From Bacteroidota bacterium (lineage in GTDB: Bacteria > Bacteroidota > Bacteroidia > Bacteroidales > UBA4417), in NCBI GenBank assembly GCA_013376995.1, contig JACAAZ010000021.1, positions 9,952-73,951 of the forward strand: a DNA stretch of 64,000 nucleotides, given 5' to 3'. Positions 1 to 9,358 of the stretch are shown piece by piece; the stretch's first letter is position 1; the number at the start of each line of letters is the position of its first letter. Position numbers and translations under genes: made by a program. Under the pieces are notes generated by a model, which made no database searches, was not told the DNA's origin, and saw only the letters and a list, made by a program, of their open reading frames with translations.

Positions 1-427
1 TGAAGACAAGGATACAGCTTTACGATCTATTAAAGAGGCAGTGCTGGCTTTTTACAAGGATGAACACCCGGACGTACTTGCCAAAGAAGGAAAGCGCATA
101 AATAAAGCAATTACTACCATCCAGGGCGAATATCAACTCAATGCATTTCCTTTTATGCGCGCTGATGCATCACGTTATCTTAACCATATTGGCCATATTG
201 AATCCGATGGTTGTTTCCGCTGTCACTCCGACAGGCACAAAACTGCTAAAGGCGAAACGATTTCACGAAATTGTGATCTCTGCCATTCAATTATTGCGCA
301 GGGCAAGACTGGAAATGTCACCTATGGTACAGCTAATAAATCCCTCGAATTCGTCCATCCAACAGAGATCAGGGGTAAATGGAAAACAGCCTTCTGCTCT
401 GAGTGCCATAAGGAACTCTATAATTAA
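1..427 (+). CDS. Multiheme cytochrome c, C-terminal part (5' partial)
   Basis: Frame open from base 2; three CxxCH motifs (CFRCH, CDLCH, CSECH). Confidence 0.8.
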   Translation, partial: EDKDTALRSIKEAVLAFYKDEHPDVLAKEGKRINKAITTIQGEYQLNAFPFMRADASRYLNHIGHIESDGCFRCHSDRHKTAKGETISRNCDLCHSIIAQGKTGNVTYGTANKSLEFVHPTEIRGKWKTAFCSECHKELYN

Positions 428-452
428 CAATTGATTCCGTCTGCATGAAATT

Positions 453-1883
453 ATGAAAGTGTTGCTTACCGGGAGTACCGGTTATATTGGGAAGAGACTT
501 CTGCAGAACTTGCTGGAACAGGGGCATGAGGTTATTTGCCTGGTCCGGAACCTTGAACGGCTTGATACCGGTGAAGATTCTATGGAAGGTGTACAGGGGA
601 TTGAAGCGGATCTCCTCGACCCGGTTCCGGAATCACTCTATTCTCTCGAGTTTGATGTTGCCTTTTATCTCATTCATTCCATGTCGACCTCCATTGGCGC
701 TTTTATGAACGAGGAGGCACGTTCTGCAGCTAATTTTGCACATTTCATAAAGCAAACCAATTGCAGGCAGATTATCTACCTAAGCGGGATATCCAATTCT
801 GAGAAACTGTCACGGCATTTGCAATCCAGAAGGAATGTCGAAGATGTACTCAGGAATTCAGGGAAACACCTTACTATTCTGCGCGCCGGCATTATCGTTG
901 GCAGCGGAAGTGCATCCTTTGAAATTATCCGGGACCTGATGGAAAAAATGCCCTGGATAATTGCCCCCCTCTGGGTGAAAACCCTTTGCCAGCCTGTTGC
1001 AATTACCAATGTCATACTTTACCTTACCGGATGTATGCTCAATCCTGAGACTTTCGACCAGGTATTTGACATTGGCGGGGCAGAAATCCTTTCCTATAAA
1101 AATATGCTGCTGCAATATGCCGAAGTGAGGGGGTTAAAGAGGAAAATCTGGGTAGTTCCTTTTATCAATCCAAGGATCTCATCTTATTGGCTCTATTTCG
1201 TAACATCTACTTCTTATTACCTCGCTGTCAATCTTGTCAATAGTATGAAAGTGGAAGTGGTATGCAAGGATACCCGGTTGAAAGATATCCTCGGAGTTAC
1301 CCCGCTTACATACAAAGAGGCCTGCAGAAGAGCACTTGAAAGAATCAACCTGGATACTGTCCAATCAAGCTGGACCGATGCTGTTTCCATGAAAAATCCG
1401 GGTCAGCTTTTTCAACGCCTGGATGTTCCTGGTTACGGGGTGCTCCGCGACAGGAGGAAAATTGAAATCAACGGTGACCCGCGAAGGGTACTGAATAAAG
1501 TCTTCTCCATTGGAGGTGAAACAGGATGGTATTATGCCAACTGGATTTGGCAGATCAGGGGAATGATGGATAAAATGGTTGGTGGTGTTGGCCTGCGAAG
1601 GGGGAGGAGAAATGCTACGGAGCTTAGACCTGGCGATTCACTTGATTTCTGGAGAGTACTGATTGCAGATAAAGAAAATATGCGACTGCTGCTATTTGCA
1701 GAAATGAAAGTACCGGGTGAGGCCTGGCTAGAATTCAGGATATTGAAAAAGAATGATAGCTACTTTCTTTATCAAACGGCTACCTTCATGCCAAAGGGAC
1801 TTAGCGGAAGATTGTACTGGTTCATTCTGCTCCCAATCCACCTCCTGATGTTCCAGGGAATGATAAGAGCCATAGGGAGCTAG
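453..1883 (+). CDS. SDR/NAD(P)-binding oxidoreductase with C-terminal DUF2867 (YbjT-like)
   Basis: N-terminal TGSTGYIG Rossmann motif; C-terminal GDSLDFWRV...AEMKVPGEAWLEF typical of DUF2867. Confidence 0.85.
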   Translation: MKVLLTGSTGYIGKRLLQNLLEQGHEVICLVRNLERLDTGEDSMEGVQGIEADLLDPVPESLYSLEFDVAFYLIHSMSTSIGAFMNEEARSAANFAHFIKQTNCRQIIYLSGISNSEKLSRHLQSRRNVEDVLRNSGKHLTILRAGIIVGSGSASFEIIRDLMEKMPWIIAPLWVKTLCQPVAITNVILYLTGCMLNPETFDQVFDIGGAEILSYKNMLLQYAEVRGLKRKIWVVPFINPRISSYWLYFVTSTSYYLAVNLVNSMKVEVVCKDTRLKDILGVTPLTYKEACRRALERINLDTVQSSWTDAVSMKNPGQLFQRLDVPGYGVLRDRRKIEINGDPRRVLNKVFSIGGETGWYYANWIWQIRGMMDKMVGGVGLRRGRRNATELRPGDSLDFWRVLIADKENMRLLLFAEMKVPGEAWLEFRILKKNDSYFLYQTATFMPKGLSGRLYWFILLPIHLLMFQGMIRAIGS

Positions 1884-1927
1884 GAATTTTCATACAAGAA
1901 CAAGTTAATTCAGGGAAATTTTATGTC

Positions 1928-2311
1928 ATGTTAAGAGTGGGAACAATTCTGGAAGTATCGGTAACCAATCCATGGATTATAGGTTCTGTCATTGTTTTTG
2001 TCATCCTGATCCTGTATTCGCTTGTGAAATTCTTTTCCGTTTTCTTTGAATTCATCCAGGCAAAAGGCTGCATGACTGTTGGATTACTGGCTATTGTTGG
2101 ACTTCCCGGATTATTCATTCTTAGCCTTGTATCCGGGTCAACCTGGATGTCCTCTTTGCTTATGGTTTTAGCTGCCATCGGGGTGGTAACCGGCTATATT
2201 GTCCGTGATTCTGAAGGTAATGTTGGGAAGTTCGGCTTGTTTATCATGATCGTATCTAGCGTAACACTCGTTACCGCCATACTATTCACATGGGTATTTC
2301 ATATTATTTAA
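1928..2311 (+). CDS. Small integral membrane hypothetical protein (about 4 TM)
   Basis: 127 aa, four hydrophobic stretches. Confidence 0.6.
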   Translation: MLRVGTILEVSVTNPWIIGSVIVFVILILYSLVKFFSVFFEFIQAKGCMTVGLLAIVGLPGLFILSLVSGSTWMSSLLMVLAAIGVVTGYIVRDSEGNVGKFGLFIMIVSSVTLVTAILFTWVFHII

Positions 2312-2404
2312 AGCAGAATTCATTTAATTCTTTAAAAGTCATTCCAGGCTATTTCTAATCAAGCCTCCCAGGTCTTTGTATCATTTCCGAGAGCACCATG
2401 TTTT

Positions 2405-2431
2405 AATCAGTTTCATCTGCGAAATCTGCGT
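2405..2431. repeat. Three degenerate 9-mer units (AATCAGTTT CATCTGCGA AATCTGCGT)
   Basis: Read directly; intergenic. Confidence 0.4.
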
Positions 2432-2529
2432 CCTCTTGTCTTTTTTTAAGTGATCACAGTGCACCTATTTATTCCCAATAGTCTAAAAATCAAGCATATA
2501 AATTTGTCTCGAAATATTATTATTTCATA

Positions 2530-2574
2530 AACTAAAAAAATAGTTGCATAACTAAAAAATTAGTTGTACTTTTG
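2530..2574 (+). promoter_or_regulatory. Two AACTA-N6-TAGTT palindromes (putative BlaI operators) plus Bacteroidota -7 promoter TACTTTTG
   Basis: Palindromes at 2530-2545 and 2550-2565 (20 bp period); TAnnTTTG at 2567-2574, just upstream of blaI. Confidence 0.7.
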
Positions 2575-2592
2575 TTTCATCAACCTTGAATC

Positions 2593-3012
2593 ATGACCCC
2601 GATAAAAAACCAGCTATCCCCCAAAAGCCCCGAACTCACCCGGGCAGAAGAAGAAATCATGCAGATCTTATGGAAAAAAGGTAAAGGATTTGTGAATGAC
2701 CTGCTTGAACAATTCGCCGAACCAAAGCCTGCCTATAATACCGTCTCAACCATTGTCAGGATTCTTGAAAAGAAGGGTTTCATTGGTCATAATGCATTTG
2801 GGAAAACCCACGAATACTATCCCCTGATCTCCAAGGAAGAATATACCCGCCAGTTTATGGGTAATGTAGTGCAGGGATATTTTGATAATTCACTCCGGAA
2901 AATGGTCTCCTTTTTCACAGGCGATGATAAGGTTTCGATGAAAGAGATGGAAGAGATCCGGAAAATCATTGATAAACAAATCGAACAAAAAAAAGCATCC
3001 GGCAATGATTGA
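2593..3012 (+). CDS. BlaI/MecI/CopY family transcriptional repressor
   Basis: LTRAEEEIMQILW...PAYNTVSTIVRILEKKGF...YYPLIS signature. Confidence 0.92.
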   Translation: MTPIKNQLSPKSPELTRAEEEIMQILWKKGKGFVNDLLEQFAEPKPAYNTVSTIVRILEKKGFIGHNAFGKTHEYYPLISKEEYTRQFMGNVVQGYFDNSLRKMVSFFTGDDKVSMKEMEEIRKIIDKQIEQKKASGND

Positions 3013-4447
3013 GATTCTGCTATACCTGGTAAAAAGCATCCTGGCAGGGGCAATCTTCTTTGGGTTCTACCTGCTTTTTATGCGAAAGGAGTCATACCTG
3101 CTGCTGAACCGGTACTACCTTCTTGTTTCCGCATTACTGATGCTTTTACTCCCTTTACTGGGGAATTTCCTTGCACCATCGCATTTCAGGATTGGCAAAC
3201 AAGCGCCTTTGCCGATTATCACCCTCCCCGAAATTGTTATAACTGCCCATCGGGTTGTTACACCAGAACAGGAAAAGGTCCTGGTTAACTGGGCACTCAT
3301 CGGGTACCTGGTGATTACAGCAGCCATGTTGCTTGGTTTGATATACAGCATTTTCCGCATAATCAGGTTTTACAAATCGGCAATGAAAGCGGAAAGGTTA
3401 AAAGACAACATATACCTGGTTCCGGAAAACGGAAGCCCTTTCTCATTTATGGGGAGAATATTTATTTCAAGCAGGTACGCAGATCATCCCGGGCTGGGTA
3501 GCATCCTGATCCATGAGAATGCCCATATCCATCAGAAACATATACTTGACCTTATTTTGCTTGAGCTTTTGTCCAGCATTTTCTGGTTCAATCCTTTCTT
3601 TTTCCTTATTAAAAAAGCAATCAGGGAAGTGCATGAATACCTGGCAGATCGTGAAGTAATCAGGAAAGGTGCAGAACCGCTGACCTATCAACAGCTTTTA
3701 TTCAACGAAGTTTCCGGAAACCCGCAATATATCATTGCAAACAATTTCAATCTTTTAACTAAAAAACGAATAGTCATGTTACTGAAAAAATCCGGTAAAA
3801 GTGCAGCAATACGCATTGGCATTATGATGCCAGTCTTGCTGACAACTGCATTCATTATAGGTGTAGTTCAAACCAATAACCTGAATGCGCAAATAAGTGA
3901 ACCTCCTTCATCCGTTGCAACTGTTCAAGAGCCAACGCCTCCGGCACCTCCTGCAACCCCGGGTGAAGCATTGATCCCAGAGCCTCCTGCTCCTGCAGCA
4001 GCGCCCGCAGTCCCTCAAAAGGCAGATCCACCTGCAAAAAAGTCAACACCTGCTGCTAAAACTACCTATCCTGTAAAACAGAAGTCTGAAGTTAAGTATA
4101 CCAAGCCTGTAGTAAAGGAAGATGATGGCAAAACAGTTTACAAAGTTGTTGATAAGATGCCTGAATATCCCGGCGGTCCTGACGCTATGTCAAAATACAT
4201 GGTCGGTGCAATTAAATATCCTAAAACTGCTGTAGAAAAAGGCATAATGGGGACTGTCTATATTACCTTTGTAGTCGAAAAGGATGGAGCCATATCTAAC
4301 GTGAAAGTACTTCGAGGTGTTGGTGGTGGTTGCGATGAGGAAGCACTTAGGGTTGTTGGTGAAATGCCGAACTGGATTCCCGGGAAGAACAAAGGGAAAG
4401 CCGTAAGGGTACAATTTAATCTGCCCGTCAAATTTGCCTTGAGCTAA
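3005..4447 (+). CDS. M56 (BlaR1-like) metallopeptidase fused to Pro-rich linker and TonB C-terminal domain
   Basis: TM segments, HENAH and HEYLAD zinc motifs, P/A-rich linker, MPEYPGG...CDEEALRVV...VQFNLPVKF; ATG at 3005 overlaps blaI end. Confidence 0.88.
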   Translation: MIEILLYLVKSILAGAIFFGFYLLFMRKESYLLLNRYYLLVSALLMLLLPLLGNFLAPSHFRIGKQAPLPIITLPEIVITAHRVVTPEQEKVLVNWALIGYLVITAAMLLGLIYSIFRIIRFYKSAMKAERLKDNIYLVPENGSPFSFMGRIFISSRYADHPGLGSILIHENAHIHQKHILDLILLELLSSIFWFNPFFFLIKKAIREVHEYLADREVIRKGAEPLTYQQLLFNEVSGNPQYIIANNFNLLTKKRIVMLLKKSGKSAAIRIGIMMPVLLTTAFIIGVVQTNNLNAQISEPPSSVATVQEPTPPAPPATPGEALIPEPPAPAAAPAVPQKADPPAKKSTPAAKTTYPVKQKSEVKYTKPVVKEDDGKTVYKVVDKMPEYPGGPDAMSKYMVGAIKYPKTAVEKGIMGTVYITFVVEKDGAISNVKVLRGVGGGCDEEALRVVGEMPNWIPGKNKGKAVRVQFNLPVKFALS

Positions 4448-4550
4448 GCAGTAAACAAAGTATCTGGATTAACCATGCTTCAGGATCAGTTAAAAACAAT
4501 CATCTGATTTGAGTTCTCAAATAGTTGGAGTTATGACAGAATGCCTATCA

Positions 4551-5054
4551 ATGAACCTAAAACTGGTAAAAGTTTTCTGTATTGCCGCTGTCCTCTTGTG
4601 TTACTCGGGGTTAACCAGTGGCAGAAATTCCAGGACAGGAATTATATCTCATGGTTTGGTTTCTCCTAATATTCCTCTTGAAAGGATACAGGATACTGCC
4701 AAAAATAAGGACCGGGTTTTTGCCCTGGTTCAGGAAATGCCTGTCTTCCCGGGAGGTAATGACGCCATGGCAGCATATTTTAAAGGAGCTGTTAAATATC
4801 CTGAGGAAGCTAAAAAGAAAGGAGTACAGGGGCCAGTTTATATCATCTTCATTGTCGAAAAGGATGGTTCCCTTTCAGAAACTAAGGTTTTAAAGGGAAT
4901 TGGATCTGGCTGCGATGAAGAAGCCCTGAGGGCTGTTAAGTCTATGCCCAAATGGCAACCCGGTAAACAAAACGGAAATCCTGTGAGAGTGCAATTGCAT
5001 ATTCCCGTCAATTTTAAGCTTGATGCGCCGCCTGCCCCGAATAAGCCCAAGTAA
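4551..5054 (+). CDS. Energy transducer TonB C-terminal domain protein
   Basis: MPVFPGG...VKYPEEA...CDEEALRAVK...VQLHIPVNF; N-terminal hydrophobic segment; start uncertain. Confidence 0.85.
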   Translation: MNLKLVKVFCIAAVLLCYSGLTSGRNSRTGIISHGLVSPNIPLERIQDTAKNKDRVFALVQEMPVFPGGNDAMAAYFKGAVKYPEEAKKKGVQGPVYIIFIVEKDGSLSETKVLKGIGSGCDEEALRAVKSMPKWQPGKQNGNPVRVQLHIPVNFKLDAPPAPNKPK

Positions 5055-5496
5055 AGCAGCTCTCTGCCTGTTGTTTGTCATCCCGTTGATAGGTCATTGC
5101 CAGTGGTTTCACCGCAAGATCAATCAATGGGATGATAAATTCCACCCGAATGGCCTGTGGATTGGCTGGAAGGATGATCAGAACAAGGTAAAAGCATACA
5201 GGATCTGGTACAAACATGGGCTTGAGTACCGTATTTCACGGTATTACCATGATAATGGAAAAACCAGAGTGAAATACAGGTTCCTTGGCGACAGCATTGT
5301 AATGGTGAAATACTTTGATGAAAACGGCCGCCTCACCGACAAGGGCAGGGCTCTTCGCTTCTATACGAATTCAGATTACCGTTTCTGCTGGGATGGAACC
5401 TGGAAGCATTATGATGAACATCACCATATGGTGAAGCCTACCATCTACCGGAAGGGGGAGGAGATGATTAAACCTGACAGGTCTGATCAGAATTAA
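5020..5496 (+). CDS. Exported hypothetical protein with MORN-variant-like short beta repeats
   Basis: Signal-like N-terminus; YYHDNG / YFDENG / WKHYDE repeats. Confidence 0.55.
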   Translation: MMRRLPRISPSKAALCLLFVIPLIGHCQWFHRKINQWDDKFHPNGLWIGWKDDQNKVKAYRIWYKHGLEYRISRYYHDNGKTRVKYRFLGDSIVMVKYFDENGRLTDKGRALRFYTNSDYRFCWDGTWKHYDEHHHMVKPTIYRKGEEMIKPDRSDQN

Positions 5497-6677
5497 TACA
5501 GGAAATTATTATACGGATACCTTATCACATGCAGCTTCCGGACCTCCTCATAAAGCAATTTCCTGAATGCATCAATGTTCACCTTTTGCTTGGCAGAAAT
5601 AAAAATTGCTGGTGAATTTGCTTTTGCCATCCACGTATTCTGCAACTCTTCCAGGGTTATGTTTTCTTTTGTAGGTGGAGCCAGGTCAAAAGGATCTTTT
5701 TCTACGTGTGAATAGGCATCCATCTTATTGAATACCATGATGGTGGGCTTGTCAGAACAGCCAATCTCAGAAAGTGTCTGCTGCGCAACTTCAAGCTGTT
5801 CCTCAAATGCAGTGTGGGAAATGTCAACAATATGAAGCAACAGGTCTGCTTCCCTAACTTCGTCCAGTGTTGATTTGAATGATTCAACCAGGCTGTGGGG
5901 CAGCTTCCTGATAAAACCAACAGTGTCGGTCAGCAGGAATGGCAGGTTTTCTATAACTACTTTCCTGACGGTAGTATCCAGGGTTGCAAACAACTTATTC
6001 TCCGCGAATACTTCACTTTTACTAATAAGGTTCATCGTTGTGCTCTTCCCGGCATTGGTATATCCTACTAGTGCTACCCGGATGAGTTCTTCCCGGCTCT
6101 TACGCTGGGTCATCTTTTGCTTGTCAATATCCTTGAGCTTTTCCTTCAGTAAGGTGATCTTATCTCGGATGATCCGTCGGTCAGTTTCAATTTCCTTTTC
6201 ACCAGGTCCTCTCATGCCAATGCCCCCGCGTTGTTTTTCAAGGTGGGTCCACATTCGGGTGAGTCTTGGCAACAGGTACTGGTATTGTGCAAGTTCAACC
6301 TGTGTCCTGGCAATGCTGGTCCGGGCACGTTTGGCAAAAATATCCAGGATAAGTAAGGGCCTGTCCAGCACCCGGCATCCCAAGACATTCTCAATGTTAC
6401 GGGTCTGCGATCCGCTCAGTTCATCATCGAAAACCGCAAGGTCTATATTTGCGGCCTTAACATATTCGGCAATTTCATCCAGTTTCCCGGCTCCGACGAA
6501 AGTCCTTGAGTCAGGCATGGATAACTTCTGTATGAACCGTTTGTCAGGAATTGCGCCTGCAGTATCCAGGAGAAACTCCAGCTCATCAAGGTAATCATGC
6601 ACACTACCCTCATCCTGCCTGTTAGTAATAAGGCCAATGAGAATCGTTTTTTCAGGTTTAATATCGGATGCCAGCAT
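5493..6677 (-). CDS. hflX: GTPase HflX
   Basis: GYTNAGKS, LFATLDTT, DTVGF, NKMD, GPGEKEIETDRR; ATG 6677 lies downstream of a TACCTTTG -7 box (6695-6702). Confidence 0.95.
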   Translation of the reverse strand: MLASDIKPEKTILIGLITNRQDEGSVHDYLDELEFLLDTAGAIPDKRFIQKLSMPDSRTFVGAGKLDEIAEYVKAANIDLAVFDDELSGSQTRNIENVLGCRVLDRPLLILDIFAKRARTSIARTQVELAQYQYLLPRLTRMWTHLEKQRGGIGMRGPGEKEIETDRRIIRDKITLLKEKLKDIDKQKMTQRKSREELIRVALVGYTNAGKSTTMNLISKSEVFAENKLFATLDTTVRKVVIENLPFLLTDTVGFIRKLPHSLVESFKSTLDEVREADLLLHIVDISHTAFEEQLEVAQQTLSEIGCSDKPTIMVFNKMDAYSHVEKDPFDLAPPTKENITLEELQNTWMAKANSPAIFISAKQKVNIDAFRKLLYEEVRKLHVIRYPYNNFLY

Positions 6678-6694
6678 TCGAAGGAATTGAGGCA

Positions 6695-6773
6695 CAAAGG
6701 TACCAAACAAAAAGGAACCAGCGAAAATCACTGAATCTATAGACCTGGCTTATAATCCACTTCCTTACCTTTG
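6695..6773. promoter_or_regulatory. Divergent Bacteroidota -7 promoter boxes (hflX and esterase)
   Basis: TACCTTTG on - strand at 6695-6702 and on + strand at 6766-6773. Confidence 0.6.
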
Positions 6774-6795
6774 TTCAACTTCAATACCCGAACGT

Positions 6796-7941
6796 ATGAA
6801 AATTACAGGTTTTACAGTTTTGATGCTCCTGGTTGCCAATCTTGCTATGTGCCAACCTTTAGGCTCCTGGTTTAAGGATCTTGAATCAAAACCGCTGGCC
6901 GAAAGGACCAGGAAAATAGACTCATTGTTGTCAGTTTCGTCCCGCATCCCCATCATTGAATCCGACACCAATGTTTACTTCATTTATAAAGGGGATGCTG
7001 GTTCCGTTTTCATTGCAGGTGATGCAACAGGTTGGGCTCCGGCTCTCGCTATGCACAAAATTGGAGGAACCGATACATGGTATTGTATGGAAAGCTATGA
7101 GGCCTCAGCAAGGCTGGAATACAAGTTTGTAATTAACAAGTCTGAATGGATACTGGACCCACTCAATCCGAGGAAAGTTACGGGAGGAACAGGCCAGAAT
7201 TCGGAAATCCTTATGCCTGCTTATGAATACCCGCATGATATTGATGAACGCGATGTGGTTCCCTGGGGGACCGAGTTCGATACCCTCATTCACAGCAAAT
7301 ACCTGTCTGAAAACCGCGCATTCCGAATCATTCTTCCGGCCTCCTATGATAAAGGAAATAAAAGTTATCCTCTTGTATTTTTTCATGACGGTTATGACTT
7401 TTTTAAGTATACAGCCGCCAGGAATGTCATAAACAATATGATCTTCGAAAGGAAGATACAGCCTGTAATAGCTGTTTTTGTGGAACCCGTGCACAGGGAT
7501 GATGAGTATTCAGGGAGATTGCAAAAAAACTATACCCGCTTTATGGTCAATGAGCTTATCCCGTTTATGGACAGGAATTACCGAACTGAGGCCAGGGCTG
7601 AATCCCGTGCACAGATCGGGATATCAAATGGTGGAAATATCGCTCTCTGGCTGGTAGCTTCCCAGCCTGGAAAGACGGCTAAAGCTGCTGCAATGTCCAG
7701 CAATGTTATGAAGAATGTTGGTAACGCATTTCAGAAAGGAGGATGCCGGAATCAAATGATATACTTGCTGTTAGGGAAATATGATCTTCCTCCGTTGATC
7801 CCAATGGTAAGAAACCTGAATGAACAACTCAGGAAACATGGCTGCCAGGTTAGCTATCACGAATATCCCGAAGGACACAGCTGGAAATACTGGGAAAAGT
7901 ATTTGCCGGATGCGCTGGAGTATTTTTTCCCTGCGAAATAG
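6796..7941 (+). CDS. Secreted alpha/beta-hydrolase esterase (Fes/CE1-like) with N-terminal CBM48-like domain
   Basis: Signal peptide; IAGDATGW...YKFVIN...DPLN Ig-like module; GISNGG nucleophile; GHSW His. Confidence 0.8.
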   Translation: MKITGFTVLMLLVANLAMCQPLGSWFKDLESKPLAERTRKIDSLLSVSSRIPIIESDTNVYFIYKGDAGSVFIAGDATGWAPALAMHKIGGTDTWYCMESYEASARLEYKFVINKSEWILDPLNPRKVTGGTGQNSEILMPAYEYPHDIDERDVVPWGTEFDTLIHSKYLSENRAFRIILPASYDKGNKSYPLVFFHDGYDFFKYTAARNVINNMIFERKIQPVIAVFVEPVHRDDEYSGRLQKNYTRFMVNELIPFMDRNYRTEARAESRAQIGISNGGNIALWLVASQPGKTAKAAAMSSNVMKNVGNAFQKGGCRNQMIYLLLGKYDLPPLIPMVRNLNEQLRKHGCQVSYHEYPEGHSWKYWEKYLPDALEYFFPAK

Positions 7942-7964
7942 ATCCTTTACGGAGAATATTATGC

Positions 7965-8960
7965 TTAGAAAGCTTTAAATCCAATGATCTCGCGCACCTC
8001 CTGTACTGTCTTCGAAGCACTTGCGTGTGCTTTCTCCTTACCCATGTTTACAACTTTACTTAGGTAAGCCTCATTTTGCAGCAGATCAAGGATCCGTTCA
8101 CGGAATGGAGTAGTGAACTTGATAACATCTTCTGCAAGCTGCTTTTTCATATCACCGTAGCGAATGGAACAAGCCTGGTATTGATTTTCGAAAAACTGAA
8201 GTGTATCGGGTGTGGATAGAGCCTTCATCAAACCAAAAAGATTTTCAATTGCTTGTGCTTTCGGTTGATTGGGTTCAGTAGGGCCTGAATCGGTAACTGC
8301 CTTCATCACCTTCTTTCGGATTACTTCGGGAGCATCAAAAAGGAAAATAGCATTCCCTTCCCCTTCACTTTTGCCCATCTTTGTGCTTCCATCCAGGCCA
8401 GGGATCTTAACCAGCTGCTCGCCGAAATTGTAAGCCACAGGTTCCGGGAAGTAATCCACTTTGTACATTCGGTTGAAACGGTTGGCAAAAGTCCTGGTCA
8501 TTTCGAGATGCTGCTCCTGGTCCTTACCAACAGGCACCTTATGGGCCTTGTGAATAATAATATCTGCAGCCATAAGGGTAGGGTAGGTCAGGAGTCCTGC
8601 ATTCACATTGTCAGGCTGGCTGCGTATTTTATCCTTGAAGGAAGTACAGCGTTCAAGCTCACCCGTATAGGCATTCATGTTAAGGAAGAGATATAACTCG
8701 GCAGTCTCAGGCAGATCACTCTGAAGATATAAAGTGGACTTCTCCGGATCCAATCCGCACGCGAGGTATTCCACCAAAACCTGTTTCACGTTCCCGTGCA
8801 GGTCGGCAGGGGTTGGATGCGTGGTAAGTGAATGATAATCGGCAATAAAAAAATAACAATTACTGGTATCCTGCATCTTCACAAAGTTCTGCATGGCTCC
8901 AAAATAATTTCCAAGATGAAGGTTACCGGTCGGCCGGATCCCGCTTACAACAATTTCCAT
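7965..8960 (-). CDS. trpS: Tryptophan--tRNA ligase
   Basis: SGIRPTGNLHLGN (HIGH-like), VPVGKDQEQH, KMGKS. Confidence 0.96.
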   Translation of the reverse strand: MEIVVSGIRPTGNLHLGNYFGAMQNFVKMQDTSNCYFFIADYHSLTTHPTPADLHGNVKQVLVEYLACGLDPEKSTLYLQSDLPETAELYLFLNMNAYTGELERCTSFKDKIRSQPDNVNAGLLTYPTLMAADIIIHKAHKVPVGKDQEQHLEMTRTFANRFNRMYKVDYFPEPVAYNFGEQLVKIPGLDGSTKMGKSEGEGNAIFLFDAPEVIRKKVMKAVTDSGPTEPNQPKAQAIENLFGLMKALSTPDTLQFFENQYQACSIRYGDMKKQLAEDVIKFTTPFRERILDLLQNEAYLSKVVNMGKEKAHASASKTVQEVREIIGFKAF

Positions 8961-9040
8961 ATTCCTTTTAATTCAGATGTTACAAATCTTTTTTTACTTG
9001 ATCTAAGCCTAAATCTATTCCAGTGAATTTCAACAAAACC

Positions 9041-9078
9041 CTTAGTGTATTCTTTGTGGCTTAGTGTCTTTGTGGCAA
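9041..9078. repeat. Alternating 8-mer repeat CTTAGTGT/CTTTGTGG, two pairs
   Basis: cttagtgt-att-ctttgtgg-cttagtgt-ctttgtgg read directly upstream of trpS. Confidence 0.6.
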
Positions 9079-9279
9079 ATATTCTTACTATGCAGAAATG
9101 AAGCTACTTCTAAACGAATTTGTTCTTTTCCCCTACTTCTCAGGATCAAATAAATCAAACTTTCTTAAATTTATTTAGCTTAAACCCTGTTAAAGAAGTG
9201 CAAAAATAGGGATTTAAGTTCAATTGAAGATTTTACCGCTGCCAGAAGCTTCAAAAGTAAAGCCTATAAATATTTAACC

Positions 9280-9293
9280 TGCAAACGATTGCA
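9280..9293. promoter_or_regulatory. Putative LacI-family operator TGCAAACGATTGCA
   Basis: Near-perfect palindrome with central CG, upstream of -7 box TATCTTTG (9330-9337); near-identical copy at 21246. Confidence 0.75.
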
Positions 9294-9358
9294 AAGATTT
9301 CAGATACTTTTATCTGGATTCTTTTCCCATATCTTTGCAGGTGTTAAAACCTGATCGT

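Noticed and set aside
5875-6594. 239 aa ORF antisense to hflX, and similar shadow ORFs (27798-28409, 36104-36562, 63274-63843)
   Set aside because: Fully overlap well-supported genes and have no recognisable motifs.
8961-9210. T-box or attenuator in the trpS leader
   Set aside because: No T-box consensus or Trp-codon leader peptide recognised.
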